64,000 nucleotides of DNA, from contig OX597827.1 of NCBI GenBank assembly GCA_951406725.2, forward strand, positions 68,076,001 to 68,140,000. Direction: 5' to 3'. The DNA comes from Octopus vulgaris. Taxonomy: Eukaryota. Below, piece after piece: positions 40,025 through 53,116 of this stretch; the stretch's first letter is position 1; the number at the start of each line of letters is the position of its first letter. The notes beneath the pieces are model-generated. The model saw nothing but the letters and a program-made list of their open reading frames with translations. It ran no database searches and had not been told where the DNA came from. Position numbers and translations under genes: made by a program.

Positions 40025-41289
40025 ACACTATTAGAGCTATCACCAACACCACAACTGCCACCAACACCACGACAACTACCACCTACACCACAACATTAAT
40101 AATCACCACATCTACTATCTACACCACTACAACAACAACCTCCACAACTACCACCAACACCTCAACTGCCACCAACACCACCTGAACTACCACCTACACC
40201 ACAACATTAATAATCACAACTACCACAGCAACAACTGCCATGTACACTACAATGTCAACAACTACCTCAACTGCCGCCAATACCACCACAACTACCACCT
40301 ACACCACAACATCAATAATCACCATATCTATCACCAACACCACTACAACCCCCACAATTACCACCAACACCACAACTGCCACCAACACCACCTCAACTAC
40401 CACCAACACTACCACAGCAACAACTACTGCAACAACAACCACCACAACTACCACCTACACCACAATGTTAACAACCACCTCAACTGCCACCAACACCACC
40501 TCAACTACCACCTACACCACAACGTTAATAATCACCATATCTACCACCAACATCACTACAACAACCCCCACAACTACCAACACCTCAACTGCCACTAACA
40601 CCACCTCAACTATCACCTGCACCACAATATCAATGTCCACTACAACCACCAGCAACACCACCACAACAATCACCTCATCTACCACCTACACCACAACATT
40701 GATAACAACTACCACCACCACCAAAACAAAAACCACTATGGTACTGCTTTTATAGTTTCTACTACTGCATCCCAAACTACCACACCCAATACAACTACCA
40801 CAGTAACAATAACCACCAACCCCACTAAAACCACCACCACAGCAACAACAACTACAGCCAGAACTGCTGCATCCACCACCGCTAAATCTGTCACTACTAC
40901 CACCTTTACAGATACTACTACAACAAGCAAAACCACTGTCACACTACCTATACAACAACCACCATTATATACAACCACAAGCTCAACTAGATCTCCTACT
41001 ACCGCCCCAACGCAAAACACTTGCTACCACAAAAACCACCACCTATGCTATAACCCTCTTTTACAACCACACAAACTTACTTCAGCGACCAACTCTACTG
41101 CAACCTCACTACTTTTGCAACTACCACCTCGGTGATAATAATCGACCGCTACCACTACTATAACCGCAACCACAACCGTGTAACTGTTGCATCTATGCTC
41201 CACAACTACCGCCGAAACCACAAACACTACCGCTATCAACAGTTGTGCTATCACCACAACTTCTCTACTACTACTACTACTACTACTAT

Positions 41290-41327
<38 letters not shown>

Positions 41328-41435
41328 TTACTACTACTACTGCTGCTACTATTACTACTACTACTACTGCTGCTACTATTATTATTATTACTACTACTAC
41401 TACTACCACTACCACTACTGCTGCTGCTACTACCA

Positions 41436-41509
<74 letters not shown>

Positions 41510-41684
41510 TCTGCTACTACTACTACTACTACTACTACTACTATCACCACCACCATCTTCGTCGTCATCATCATCATCATCTTCATAATTTTTACAACCG
41601 TCACGGCAGCAGCAGCAGCAGCAGCGCCGCCACCACCATCATCAACATCATCATCATCAGCATCAACTCCATGTCCGTCATCAC

Positions 41685-41716
<32 letters not shown>

Positions 41717-43420
41717 TATCATCGTCGTCGTTGTCGTTTTAATTGTTATAACGTCCAACGGCAACACCACCACTACCACCACCATCACCATCACCACCAC
41801 CACCATCGTCACATAAAGCTAGGGCAACCAGCCCCCCCCCCCCCACCTAACCATCCAACAAACTCTACATCGCCAACCAGCCCGCCAGCCAGCCAGCCAG
41901 CCAACCACCTTTAACTACCAGCCGCCCAACCAGCCAACAAGCCAACAGACCGACCACACAACCACACAACCACACATAACCACACACACACACACACACA
42001 CACACATACTCACCAGCGTAGTACACAACCACACCCACCAACTTCACCTTAACCATCCCACTTTTACCACCATTAACCAACCCCATCCAGCAGCCGCCAC
42101 CGCCACCACCACCACCACCACCTCTATTATCACTACCACTACCACACCGCCACCACCACCACCACCACCACCTCTATTATCACTACCAACACCACCACCA
42201 GCAATAATACCATTGCCATCACTGTACCTACGCCGCTATCGCCGTCACCGCTCCCACCGTAACTACGCCGCCACCACCGCTTTACTACACTGCCACCTCC
42301 ACCACCACCACCAACAACAACTTCCCCACCATCATTACAACAACGTCACCGTTAACACTACTACCGTCATCACCACCATAACGTAAAATCTCCGCCGCTG
42401 CCTCCACCACACTACCTTTTTTTTGCTTTACTACTTCGCTACTGTCACCGCCACCACCGTTTACTTTGCCCCCATCGCCGCCTGCAACTTAACGCCGTCG
42501 CCACCGCCGCCGCCACTATCTTCATTACTATTTCGTCGCTGCCACCGTCACCAACATCATCACTACTACGCCCGCTGCCACCACCACCACCATTACCTTT
42601 ACTACTCCCGCTACCACCACCACCACCGCCATTACCATTACTACGACGCCACCCCCCACCTTTATTACTTTGCAACCACCGCCACCATCATTATTGAGTC
42701 CGATATGAACTGAACACCGCCTCTTCCACCACCACCGCCTGCCATCGTTAGTACGCCGCCGCCGCCGTCATTTCTTTACAACCACCGCCATCACTATTAC
42801 TACGCTGCTATCGCCGTCACCGCTCTCATCGTAACTACGCCACCACCATCATTACTACGCCCGTCATCATCACCTCCACCACCACCATCAACAGTATATC
42901 ACTACGCTGCCGCCGCCGTCCTTACTTTACAACCACCGCCATCACTATTACTACGCCGTCACCGCTCTCACCGTAACTACGCCGCCACCACCATCATTGC
43001 TACGCCCGCCACCATCATCATCACTATTACTACGCCGCTATCGCCGTCACCGCTCGCATCGTAACTACGCCGCCACCACCATCATTACTACGCCCGTCAT
43101 CATCACCACCACCACTACCACCACCACTACCACCACCACCACCGCTATCAACAATATATCACTACGCCGCCGCCGGCTCCCCCCTTCCTACTGCAGCAAA
43201 TCCCTCCGCCGTCGCCTGCACCAGTCAGTTAGTCATTCAGTCAGTGAGGCAGCCAGCCACCCAACCACCCACCCAACCACCCAAACCGACCGACCACCCA
43301 ACCAGCCTACCAACAAACCAGCCCTACCAGCCAACCAACCAGCCAACCAACCAGCCTACTAACCAGCCAGCCAACCAGCCAGCCAAGTTTTTTTTAACCA
43401 ACAAGTCCATCATCAATAAA
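40025..43420 (+). repeat. Degenerate (ACN)n trinucleotide field with higher-order repeats and a (CTA)n core
   Basis: ACC/ACA/ACT-rich; recurring caactaccacctacaccacaacattaataatcacca and atcactattactacgccgctatcgccgtcaccgctc blocks. Confidence 0.85.
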
Positions 43421-43765
43421 GTCCCGTTCGTTTATAATGTTGGAGTCTACCAGAAGTTGTGTCTGCGCGGTATGGCGCGACGTCTGCCTAAAACTTGATC
43501 GGTGAGTGAAAACAAACCACTTGGACTTTGGTTTCGCTGCTTTTTCTCTTCCTTAATATCATCATCATCATCGTCGTCACCACCACCACCACAACCACCA
43601 CCACCACCACCACCACCACCACCACCACCACCACAACCACCACCATCACCATCATCATAATCATTATAATTATCAATCATCGTAATTATTATCATCACCG
43701 CAATTATCATCATTATCGTTGTCAATATATAATCATTATTATCATTATTATCATTATTGTTATTA

Positions 43766-43811
<46 letters not shown>

Positions 43812-43924
43812 CATTATTATTATTATTATTATTATCATTATTATTATTATTATTGTTATTATTATTATTATTACGATTATTACGATTATTACAGATATCG
43901 TTGTTTATCATTTTTTTTTTCATC

Positions 43925-45036
43925 CGGCTTGTTTATTTACCTTTTGCGTTCGAATTTAACCGAGGTCGACTTAGCTTTTCATTCTTTAAGGGGTCGCCCC
44001 AAAAAGTACCAGTTGCGCACTAGGGGAATGCGACGTAATTGACTATAACCCCTACTCCGAAATTTCAGGCTTTCTGCCCTATTATAGCAGAAATGATAAT
44101 CATCATTATCATTATCATTATCATTATCATTATTTATTATATCTTTCGATTCCTCTACCGTCCGTATTCGAATTCCATCGAGGTCGACTTAGCCTTTCAT
44201 CCTTTAGATATCGATGAAATAAGTATCAGCTGCCGACCGAGGGCCGATGAGATCCGCTATCCCCCTTGCCCCCTGAAATTTCAGGCTTTGTGCCTCATAA
44301 GAAAGAGAAAGGATCGTAATTTTCATCGTAGTTATTAGAATAATTTCTTTCGGTTCGTATATGCTGTGTTGAAATTCTGCAGGGTTCGATTTTACCTTTC
44401 ATTGTTTCGGTGGGTCAATGAAATATATATAGCAGTCGGGTACTGGGGTGGGGTGGGGTGGGGTGGGGGTGATGTAATCGACTAACCCCACCACCACCAC
44501 CACCACTAACAACAACAACAACAACAACAAATTTCAGGCCTAAATATCATTATTATTATTATTATTATTATTATTGTTATGCTCACCTGATACAAGTGCA
44601 TTTTTTTTTTTTGCGGCTTTTTACGTTCAGAGATCGAATCCCGCTGAGGTCGGTTTTTACCTTTCGTCCTCTAGGGGATCGATAAAATAACTATTAATCG
44701 GGCAACAGGGGGTCGATGTAATTGACTATTAATTATATCCTCCCCCGCTCCAAATTTCAGGCCTCCTACTTCCACGGGAAAGGATCATTATCACACATAA
44801 TCACACATACACACACAATCACACACACATTCACAATCACAACACAAACATAGCGGCATTTCGTGCATCTTTACGTTCTGAGTTCGAATTCCGCCGGGGG
44901 TCGACTTTACCTTTCATCCTTTCTGGGTCCACAAAATAAGTACCAGTTACGTACTGGGGTAGATGTAATCGACTAGCACCCTCCCCCACAATTTCGGGCC
45001 TTGTGCCTATAACAGAAAGAATAATCATCATCATCG

Positions 45037-45095
<59 letters not shown>
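43925..45095 (+). mobile_element. Cluster of five diverged SINE A copies in the same orientation, with tail 2 and mostly (ATT/ATC)n ends
   Basis: Units near 43925, 44145, 44345, 44610 and 44855, each with gaggtcgac..ctttcat..gtcgat..aaatttc(a/g)ggc. Confidence 0.8.
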
Positions 45096-45098
<3 letters not shown>

Positions 45099-45200
45099 CA
45101 TTTTCGTATAATTGTTGATAGAAGATATTGTTTGTTGTTGTAGTTAATGATGTAGTTGTAATTGTTTTCGATTGCATGTGTGTGTGTGTGTGTGTGTAGA

Positions 45201-45551
45201 GGCGCAATGGCTTAGTGGTTAGGGCAGCGGACTCGTGGTCGTAGGATCGCGGTTTCGATTCCCAGACCGGGCGTTGTGAGTATTTATTGAGGCTCCGGCA
45301 GGGGGTGGGGTGGCGAACCCTGCTGTACTCTTTCACCACTCTTCCTTCCTGTTTCTGTTTTACCTGTATTTCAAAGGGCCAGCCTTGTAACACACTCTGT
45401 GTCACGCTGAATCTCCCCAAGAACTACGTTAAGGGTACACGTGTCTGTGAAGTACTCGGCCACATGCACGAACAGGCTAATTTCACGAACAGGCTGTTCC
45501 GTTGATCGGATCAACTGGAACCCTCGTGATCGTAACCCACGGAATGCCACG
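45201..45551 (+). mobile_element. SINE family C head/body with tail Y
   Basis: Head as at 9691, 3' module as at 35680-35810. Confidence 0.88.
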
Positions 45552-45803
45552 ATATACGTGTGTGTGTGTTGTGTACATGTACGCATATGTGTGTGTGTGT
45601 GTTGTATACATGTATGCATATGTGTGTGTGTGTTGTGTACATGTACGCATATGTGTGTGTGTGTTGTATATATGTATGCATATATGTGTGTGTGTGTGTT
45701 TTATAATTAGTTCTCGTTATCTTTTCTTTAATTTTGTTTGTATTTTAGTCGAATCCCTTTCTCTTTCTCCCCCTCGTTCCTTCCCCCTCTCTTTGTATAT
45801 ATA

Positions 45804-45964
45804 AAGGAGTGGCTGCGTGGTAAGTAGCTTGCTTACCAACCACATGGTACCGGGTTCAGTCCCACTGCGTGGCACCTTGGGCAAGTGTCTTCTACTATAG
45901 CCTCAGGCCGACCAAAGCCTTGTGAATGGATTTGGTAGACAGAAACTGAAAGAAGCCCGTCGTA

Positions 45965-46044
<80 letters not shown>

Positions 46045-46230
46045 TGTGTGTGTGTCTGTGTTTGTCCCCCTGTGTTTATGTTCCCGTTACCTAGCGGTTC
46101 GGCAAAAGAGACCGATAGAATAGGTGCTGGGCTTACAAAAGAATAAGTCCCGGGGTCGAGTTGCTCGATTAAAGGCGGTGCTCCAGCATGGCCGCAGTCA
46201 AATGACTGAAACAAGTAAAAGGGTAAAGAG
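45804..46230 (+). mobile_element. SINE family B, full length
   Basis: Near-consensus. Confidence 0.92.
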
Positions 46231-46294
<64 letters not shown>

Positions 46295-46509
46295 TGCGAG
46301 CGTGTGTATCAGGGGAGAGGGTGTTTGTAGACACGCGTGTGTGCACACACGCACGCAAACAAGCAAACTTATACATATTTACAAGGTGAGAATATATATA
46401 TATGTATATATATCTATATATATTGTGTGTGTGTGTATGTATGTATAAAACTAGTATTTGTATTTCACACACACTTGCTCTCTCTCTCTCTCTCCATATA
46501 TATACTGTT

Positions 46510-46742
46510 ATTCTTTTACTTGTTTCAGTCATTTGACTGCGGCCATGCTGGAGCACCGCCATTTAGTCGAAAAAAAATGGACCCCAAGATTTACTCTTTG
46601 CAAGCCTAGTACTTATTCTAGCGGATCCTTTTCTCGAACCGCTAAGTTAGGGGGCACGTAAACACAAAAACATCGGTTGCCAAGCGATGGTGGGGGACAA
46701 ACACACACAAAACACACGGATACAACATTCACATATGTATAC

Positions 46743-46785
<43 letters not shown>

Positions 46786-46822
46786 ACGGGCTTCTTTCAG
46801 TTTCCGTCTACCCAATCCACTC
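46510..46822 (-). mobile_element. SINE family B, 5'-truncated
   Basis: Matches the B 3' two-thirds. Confidence 0.85.
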
Positions 46823-46844
46823 ACATATATACGTATATATATAC

Positions 46845-46896
<52 letters not shown>

Positions 46897-47449
46897 TCAA
46901 GCTTGCATCCCTTGTATTCTGTGCTTCTCTTTCTCTGTGAGTGTTTGCATGTTCGTGTGTGTGTATGTGTGTATATGCATGCATGCATGCATGCATGTAT
47001 GTATGTATGTATGTATGTATGTATGTATGTATGCATGTATGTACGATTGAACGTGTGTAGGCATAATGTAGCGATGCAGAACGAAATACCCGATGAGCCA
47101 TGTTACGGCGAAACTCACACTAGCAATACCCAGCTACTAATAATAATAGTATACACACGCACATATGTGTTCGTCTGAGTATATTTGTAAACGTACATAC
47201 ATATATACATACATGTATACACACATGCATACATGCATACATGCATACATACATACATACATGCATACATACATACACATATACATATATACATATATAC
47301 ATACATGCATGTACAATCGTATATTCACATACACGTCTAATTTTGTCATTCACTCACCGTTGTTCTTTCCTAGTTTTATTTTTATTCACCTCATCCATCC
47401 CCTTCACTATATATTTACATCTCTCCCTATCTCACACTGTGTCTGTCTG

Positions 47450-47504
<55 letters not shown>

Positions 47505-47545
47505 ATATCTATCTATCTATTTCTCTGTCTATCAATCTATTTATC

Positions 47546-47589
<44 letters not shown>

Positions 47590-47616
47590 CTATCTATCTA
47601 TATATCTATCTATCTA

Positions 47617-47664
<48 letters not shown>

Positions 47665-47672
47665 CACACACA

Positions 47673-47721
<49 letters not shown>

Positions 47722-47725
<4 letters not shown>

Positions 47726-47880
47726 TATTTAACAAAACTGTCCGACGAAGGGGAACGTGAAACTCCGAGTAACAGGTTTTGTTGAATTTCTGCTGCTTTT
47801 AAATAAAGCATATTACTCTACCCCTGGTATTTGAGTACACTTTTTTCCACCTTGTTTCACATTTATGTGTTTACTCCGGT
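47722..47880 (+). mobile_element. Short element in (TA)n carrying a type I hammerhead-like motif (CCGACGA core)
   Basis: aacaaaactgt-CCGACGA-agg ggaa cgt-GAAA-ctccga-GTA-acaggttttgtt; second copy at 61376-61543 (-). Confidence 0.7.
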
Positions 47881-48088
47881 ATATATATGTATATATATAT
47901 ACATAAATATATATATGTATATATTTATATGCCTGTCGTCTGTCTATCTATCTATCGAGCCATTCTTCATCTGTTTATCTATCTACTTATCTCTCTCTCT
48001 TTCTCTTTTTATATATGTATATATATATATGTATGTATATATTTATATGCCTGTCTGTTTATCTATCGATCTATTCATCTATCTATCC

Positions 48089-48207
<119 letters not shown>

Positions 48208-48907
48208 AGTCAGTCTGATCGTCTGCTTCTCCATCTGTCAAATTTTATTCCCCTCTGTTCTCATACTCATACTACCACCCTTGTCTCTCTGTCTCTCCCT
48301 CTCTCCTGCCTCCTTTCCTCCCCCTCTCTCATCTTCCCTTGTATTTATTTTCTCTCTTTCTTTCTCTGTTTAATTAATTTTTACATAATCCTCTCTCTTC
48401 CTTTGAACTTGTTTTTCTTTCGCATATTCATTCTCATTTTCTCTCGTTCTCTCTCTCGTTCCTTCTCCTTAATATCTCTATATTTACGTATAACCTTCAC
48501 TCAATCTCCCTTCTCTCATTCTCTCTCTCATTCTCTCATTCTCTCTCATTCTCTCTCTCTCTTTCATTCCTTGTTCTTTTCTTCTCTCATTCTGTCTCTC
48601 TCTAATGTATGTTCCCTCTCTCTCTCTTTTCTCTTTCCTTCTCTCACTTTTAGTCACTCTTTCTCTCTCACTCCCTCTTTCTCTTTCTCTTTCTCTTTCC
48701 TCTTCTCTTTTTCTCTCTCACTCTCTTCTCTCTTTCTCCCACCCTCTCTCTTTTTGCCACCTTCTCTCTCTTGCACACACGCACGTACAGATTCTTTCCT
48801 CACTCTGGCTATCTGCATCTCTCTCTTCTTCTGCCTTCCTCTCTCTCTCTCTCTCTCCCCCTCTCTCATTTCCCCCTTCTGCCCATCTATCTATCTATCT
48901 ATCTTAC

Positions 48908-48971
<64 letters not shown>

Positions 48972-48994
48972 TTCTGTGATAACGATCCCTATTG

Positions 48995-49025
<31 letters not shown>

Positions 49026-49236
49026 CCTCTCCCCCTTTTTTTAACCCCCCTTTTTTTTGTCCTCCTTCTCTCCTTTTACGATCCCTTTTGATCGAAACTC
49101 CCCCTTACTTTTTATTTTTTTTTTTTTTTTTTTTTTTTTAAACATTCAAAAGAAAAGCTCTACCTTGTAATTTGTTCTATCTGTGTGCAGCCCTGTGTGG
49201 CTAATAAAGAAACATATCTATCTATCTATTTATCTA

Positions 49237-49276
<40 letters not shown>

Positions 49277-49332
49277 TCTATCTGTCTATCTATCTGTCTG
49301 TCTATCTATCTGTCTGTCTATCTATCTATCTC

Positions 49333-49403
<71 letters not shown>

Positions 49404-49405
49404 GC

Positions 49406-49572
<167 letters not shown>

Positions 49573-49700
49573 TCTATCTAGTTATCTATCGAATTCTTAA
49601 GTTCATTACCTTGTATCATCTTTACCTCTCATATTTCATTCTTTATTAATCCTTGTTATCCCCACCTCTTTCTCTCTCTCTCTCTCTCTCTCTTCCTCTC

Positions 49701-49738
<38 letters not shown>

Positions 49739-49865
49739 ACACACACACATACACACACAGAGTTCTCCTAGTTTTCATTTCATGCCCTTTTCTGCCTTAC
49801 ATCTTCTTTCATACTTAGATTTCCTCTCCTCTCATTAATCCTTGCTATCCTCTCTTTCTCTCTCT

Positions 49866-49915
<50 letters not shown>

Positions 49916-49966
49916 AATATTAAATTTCTAAATATCTCATAGAGATATGTACGGTGGTGGAGCGAT

Positions 49967-50093
49967 AGAGTGGTTGTATACTGTCAACTTAACGTGACAG
50001 TCCTGTAAGCGTCGATGCTTCCTAGGGCTAAATAGCGGTGGTGTAATTCCCTTAGTGGGCTGTCACGTTAAGTTGACAGTATACAACTACTCT
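49967..50093. mobile_element. MITE-like inverted repeat
   Basis: 34-bp arms with one mismatch (49967-50000 / 50060-50093) and a 59-bp spacer. Confidence 0.85.
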
Positions 50094-50111
50094 CTCTCTC
50101 TCTCTCTCTCT

Positions 50112-50180
<69 letters not shown>

Positions 50181-50186
<6 letters not shown>

Positions 50187-50568
50187 GTAAGTAGCTTGTT
50201 TACCAACCACATGGTCCCGGGTTCTGTCCCACTACGTGGCACCTTGGGCAAGTGTCTTCTACTATAGCCTCGGGCCGACCAAAGCCTTGTGAGTGGATTT
50301 GGTAGACGGAAACTGAAAGAAGCCCGTCGTATATATGTAGATATATATATATGCGTGTGTGTGTTTGTGTGTCTGAGTTTGTCCCCCTAGCATTGCTTGA
50401 CAACCGATGCTGGTGTCTCCGTTACTTAGCGGTTCGGCAAAAGAGACCGATAGAATAAGTACTGGGCTTACAAAAGAATAAGTCCCGGGGTCGAGTTGCT
50501 CGATTAAAGGCGGTGCTCCAGCATGGCCACAGTCAGATGACTGAAACAAGTAAAAGAGAAAAAAGAGT
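50181..50568 (+). mobile_element. SINE family B
   Basis: Near-consensus. Confidence 0.92.
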
Positions 50569-51083
50569 AATATTTATCTATCTCTTCCCCCTTTTCCCTC
50601 TCTTCCTCTCTTCCTCTCTCTCTCTGTTTCCCTCTCTTTCCTAACAATTCTCCCGCGTTCTTTTCTTTCCCTTCTCTGCTTATCCACTTCTTCACATTTC
50701 TCTCTCTCCGCCATGTCCTCATCTCATCCCGTACATAACGGATGATCTACCTGTCACTTCAAACACCAATCTCTCTCTCACTCCTTCTATACCCATTACC
50801 CGCTCTCTTTCTCTTTCACATTGTCCCTCTTTCTACTCTCTTCACTTTTTCTTATCTTTACAAATAAACGTCAGTCATTTTGTGATTTCTCTCCCCCAAG
50901 TCTTCACTCTTCCGTCCCGGTATTTTCTCTTTGTTATTAATCCTCCTCCTCCCCCTCATCCCCCTCCTCCTCCTTCTTCTTCTTCTTCTTCTTCTTCTTC
51001 TTCTTCTTCTTCTTCTTCTTCTTCTTCTTCTTCTTCTTCTCTCTCTCTCTCTCTCTTATTTTGTTTTATCCTTACGCTATCTG

Positions 51084-51123
<40 letters not shown>

Positions 51124-51196
51124 ATACGCATGCACACACGCACAGACATTTTATATACACACGCAAGATCACGCATATATAGATAGACAGACAGAC

Positions 51197-51248
<52 letters not shown>

Positions 51249-51300
51249 CGTTTGTAGAAAACATAAATCCAGAGAAGCACACTCTAAGATGTAGGGCAGT

Positions 51301-51425
51301 GTATATTTTAATGGGGGAGGTCGGTTTATGGGATTACCCTGGATTTCCCGTTCATAAAGCTAAACCCTTCATGAACGGGGAACCCAGGGTAATCCCCATA
51401 CACCCGCCTTCCCCATTAAAATACA
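51301..51425. mobile_element. Internally deleted foldback MITE (same family as 6758-7018)
   Basis: ttttaatgggggaggtcggtttatgggattacc...ggtaatccccatacacccgccttccccattaaaa. Confidence 0.8.
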
Positions 51426-51718
51426 AGAATATATTATCTATATATATCTATATATATATATATATATATATCTACGATGTAGAAATATCAATGTACATAT
51501 GTAACGTATGGAAATGACAATATATGTGTCCTATGACAGTGTTCAAAAGAATATATCACTCCGCAAATCTACCCACCTGTTGTAATGTCTGCGATGCGGT
51601 TTCTAATCTCGGCTAATCATTTCTCTAAACCTTTTGTCGACGCATTTCACTCAATCTGAAACATCTGATACATCTCACCGGTATTGTATTATTCACTCCA
51701 TATTATCTTCCCATTCAC

Positions 51719-51761
<43 letters not shown>

Positions 51762-51946
51762 TGTGTGTGTTTGTGAATGTATGTGTGAGTGTGTGAGTGT
51801 GTGTGTGTGTGTGTGTGTGTAAGTGTGTGTGTGTGTGTGTGTGCTTGTGTGTGAGTGTGTGTGTGTCTCTGTGTTTGTGAATGTGTGTGTGTGCTTGTGT
51901 CTCTGTGTTTGTGAATTTATGCGTGTGTGCGTGAGAATGTGTGTGT

Positions 51947-51984
<38 letters not shown>

Positions 51985-52014
51985 TTGTGTGTGTGTAAGT
52001 GTGTAATCGTTGAA

Positions 52015-52290
52015 TCGACCTGACTATTGGATGTTGTTATACACCGCTTGTCACACTACACTTCCACGCATTGTTTTAGCTTCTGAATGGTGCCACCCCG
52101 CTTGTAAAACGGGTAAGCCCCGCCCTCACTCAACCCAGTCCGTCGCAGCGTTATTCAGTTGCAGCTGAGCCCACTGAGAATGTTAAACGAAATGCTTTGC
52201 TCAAGAAACACAACACACCGCCCGATCTAGGAACCGAAACCACAATCGTATGACCGTAAGTGCAACACCCTAACCACTAGGCCACGTGCC
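52015..52290 (-). mobile_element. SINE family D (old)
   Basis: Minus head ggcacgtggcctagtggttagggtg; 3' part shared with 20850-20925. Confidence 0.7.
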
Positions 52291-52318
52291 TACACGGTTG
52301 CCTGATGCTTCTCTCTCT

Positions 52319-52740
52319 TTCTCTTTTTACTCTTTTACTTGTTTCAGTCATTTGACTGTGGCCATGCTGGAGCACCGCCTTTAGTCGAGCAAATCGACCC
52401 CGGGACTTATTCTTTGTAAGCCCAGTACTTATTCTATCGGTCTCTTTTGCCGAACCGCTAAGTGACGGGGACGTAAACACACCAGCATCGGTTGTCAAGC
52501 AATGCTAGGGGGAAAATACAGACACACAGACACACAGACACATACACACACATATATATATATATACATATATACGACAGGCTTCTTTCAGTTTCCGTCT
52601 ACCAAAATCCACTCACAAGGCATTGGTCGGCCCTGGGATATAGCAGAAGACACTTGCCCAAGATGCCACACAGTGGGACTGAACCCGGAACCATGTGGTT
52701 GGTTAGCAAGCTACTTACCACACAGCCACTCCTGCGCCTA
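52319..52740 (-). mobile_element. SINE family B, full length
   Basis: Near-consensus. Confidence 0.92.
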
Positions 52741-52796
52741 TTTTATTTCGCTTCTAGTAGTCTTTGCATAAGGGCGATGAGAGGATAGTTAGAAAT

Positions 52797-53110
52797 CTTT
52801 GCCTTTCACCCTTCCGGGGTCGATGAATTAAGTAATAGTTGCGTACTGGGGTCGATCTAACCAACTGGGCCTCTCCCCCAAAATTTCGGGTCTTGCGCCT
52901 AGAGTAGAAAAGGATATATTACAGTAATCCTTTCTACTATAGGCACAAGGGCTGAAAGTTTATGGGGAGCGAACTAGTCAATTACATCGCCCCAGTGCGT
53001 AACCGGTACTTAATTTATCGACCCCCGAAAGTATAAAAGGCAAAGTCGACCTCAGCAGAATTTGAACCCAGAATGTAAAGACGGACGAAATGTCGCTAAG
53101 CATTTTGCTC
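52797..53110. mobile_element. Two SINE A (tail 2) copies tail-to-tail
   Basis: Plus fragment 52797-52915 and minus copy 52925-53110. Confidence 0.8.
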
Positions 53111-53116
53111 AGCTGC

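Noticed and set aside
45201-45275. tRNA gene candidates at SINE heads (also 9691, 62220, 54450-54522, 7229-7290)
   Set aside because: A/B boxes are present, but acceptor stems are not complementary and each runs into a SINE body or is a fragment; they are tRNA-derived heads, not tRNA genes.
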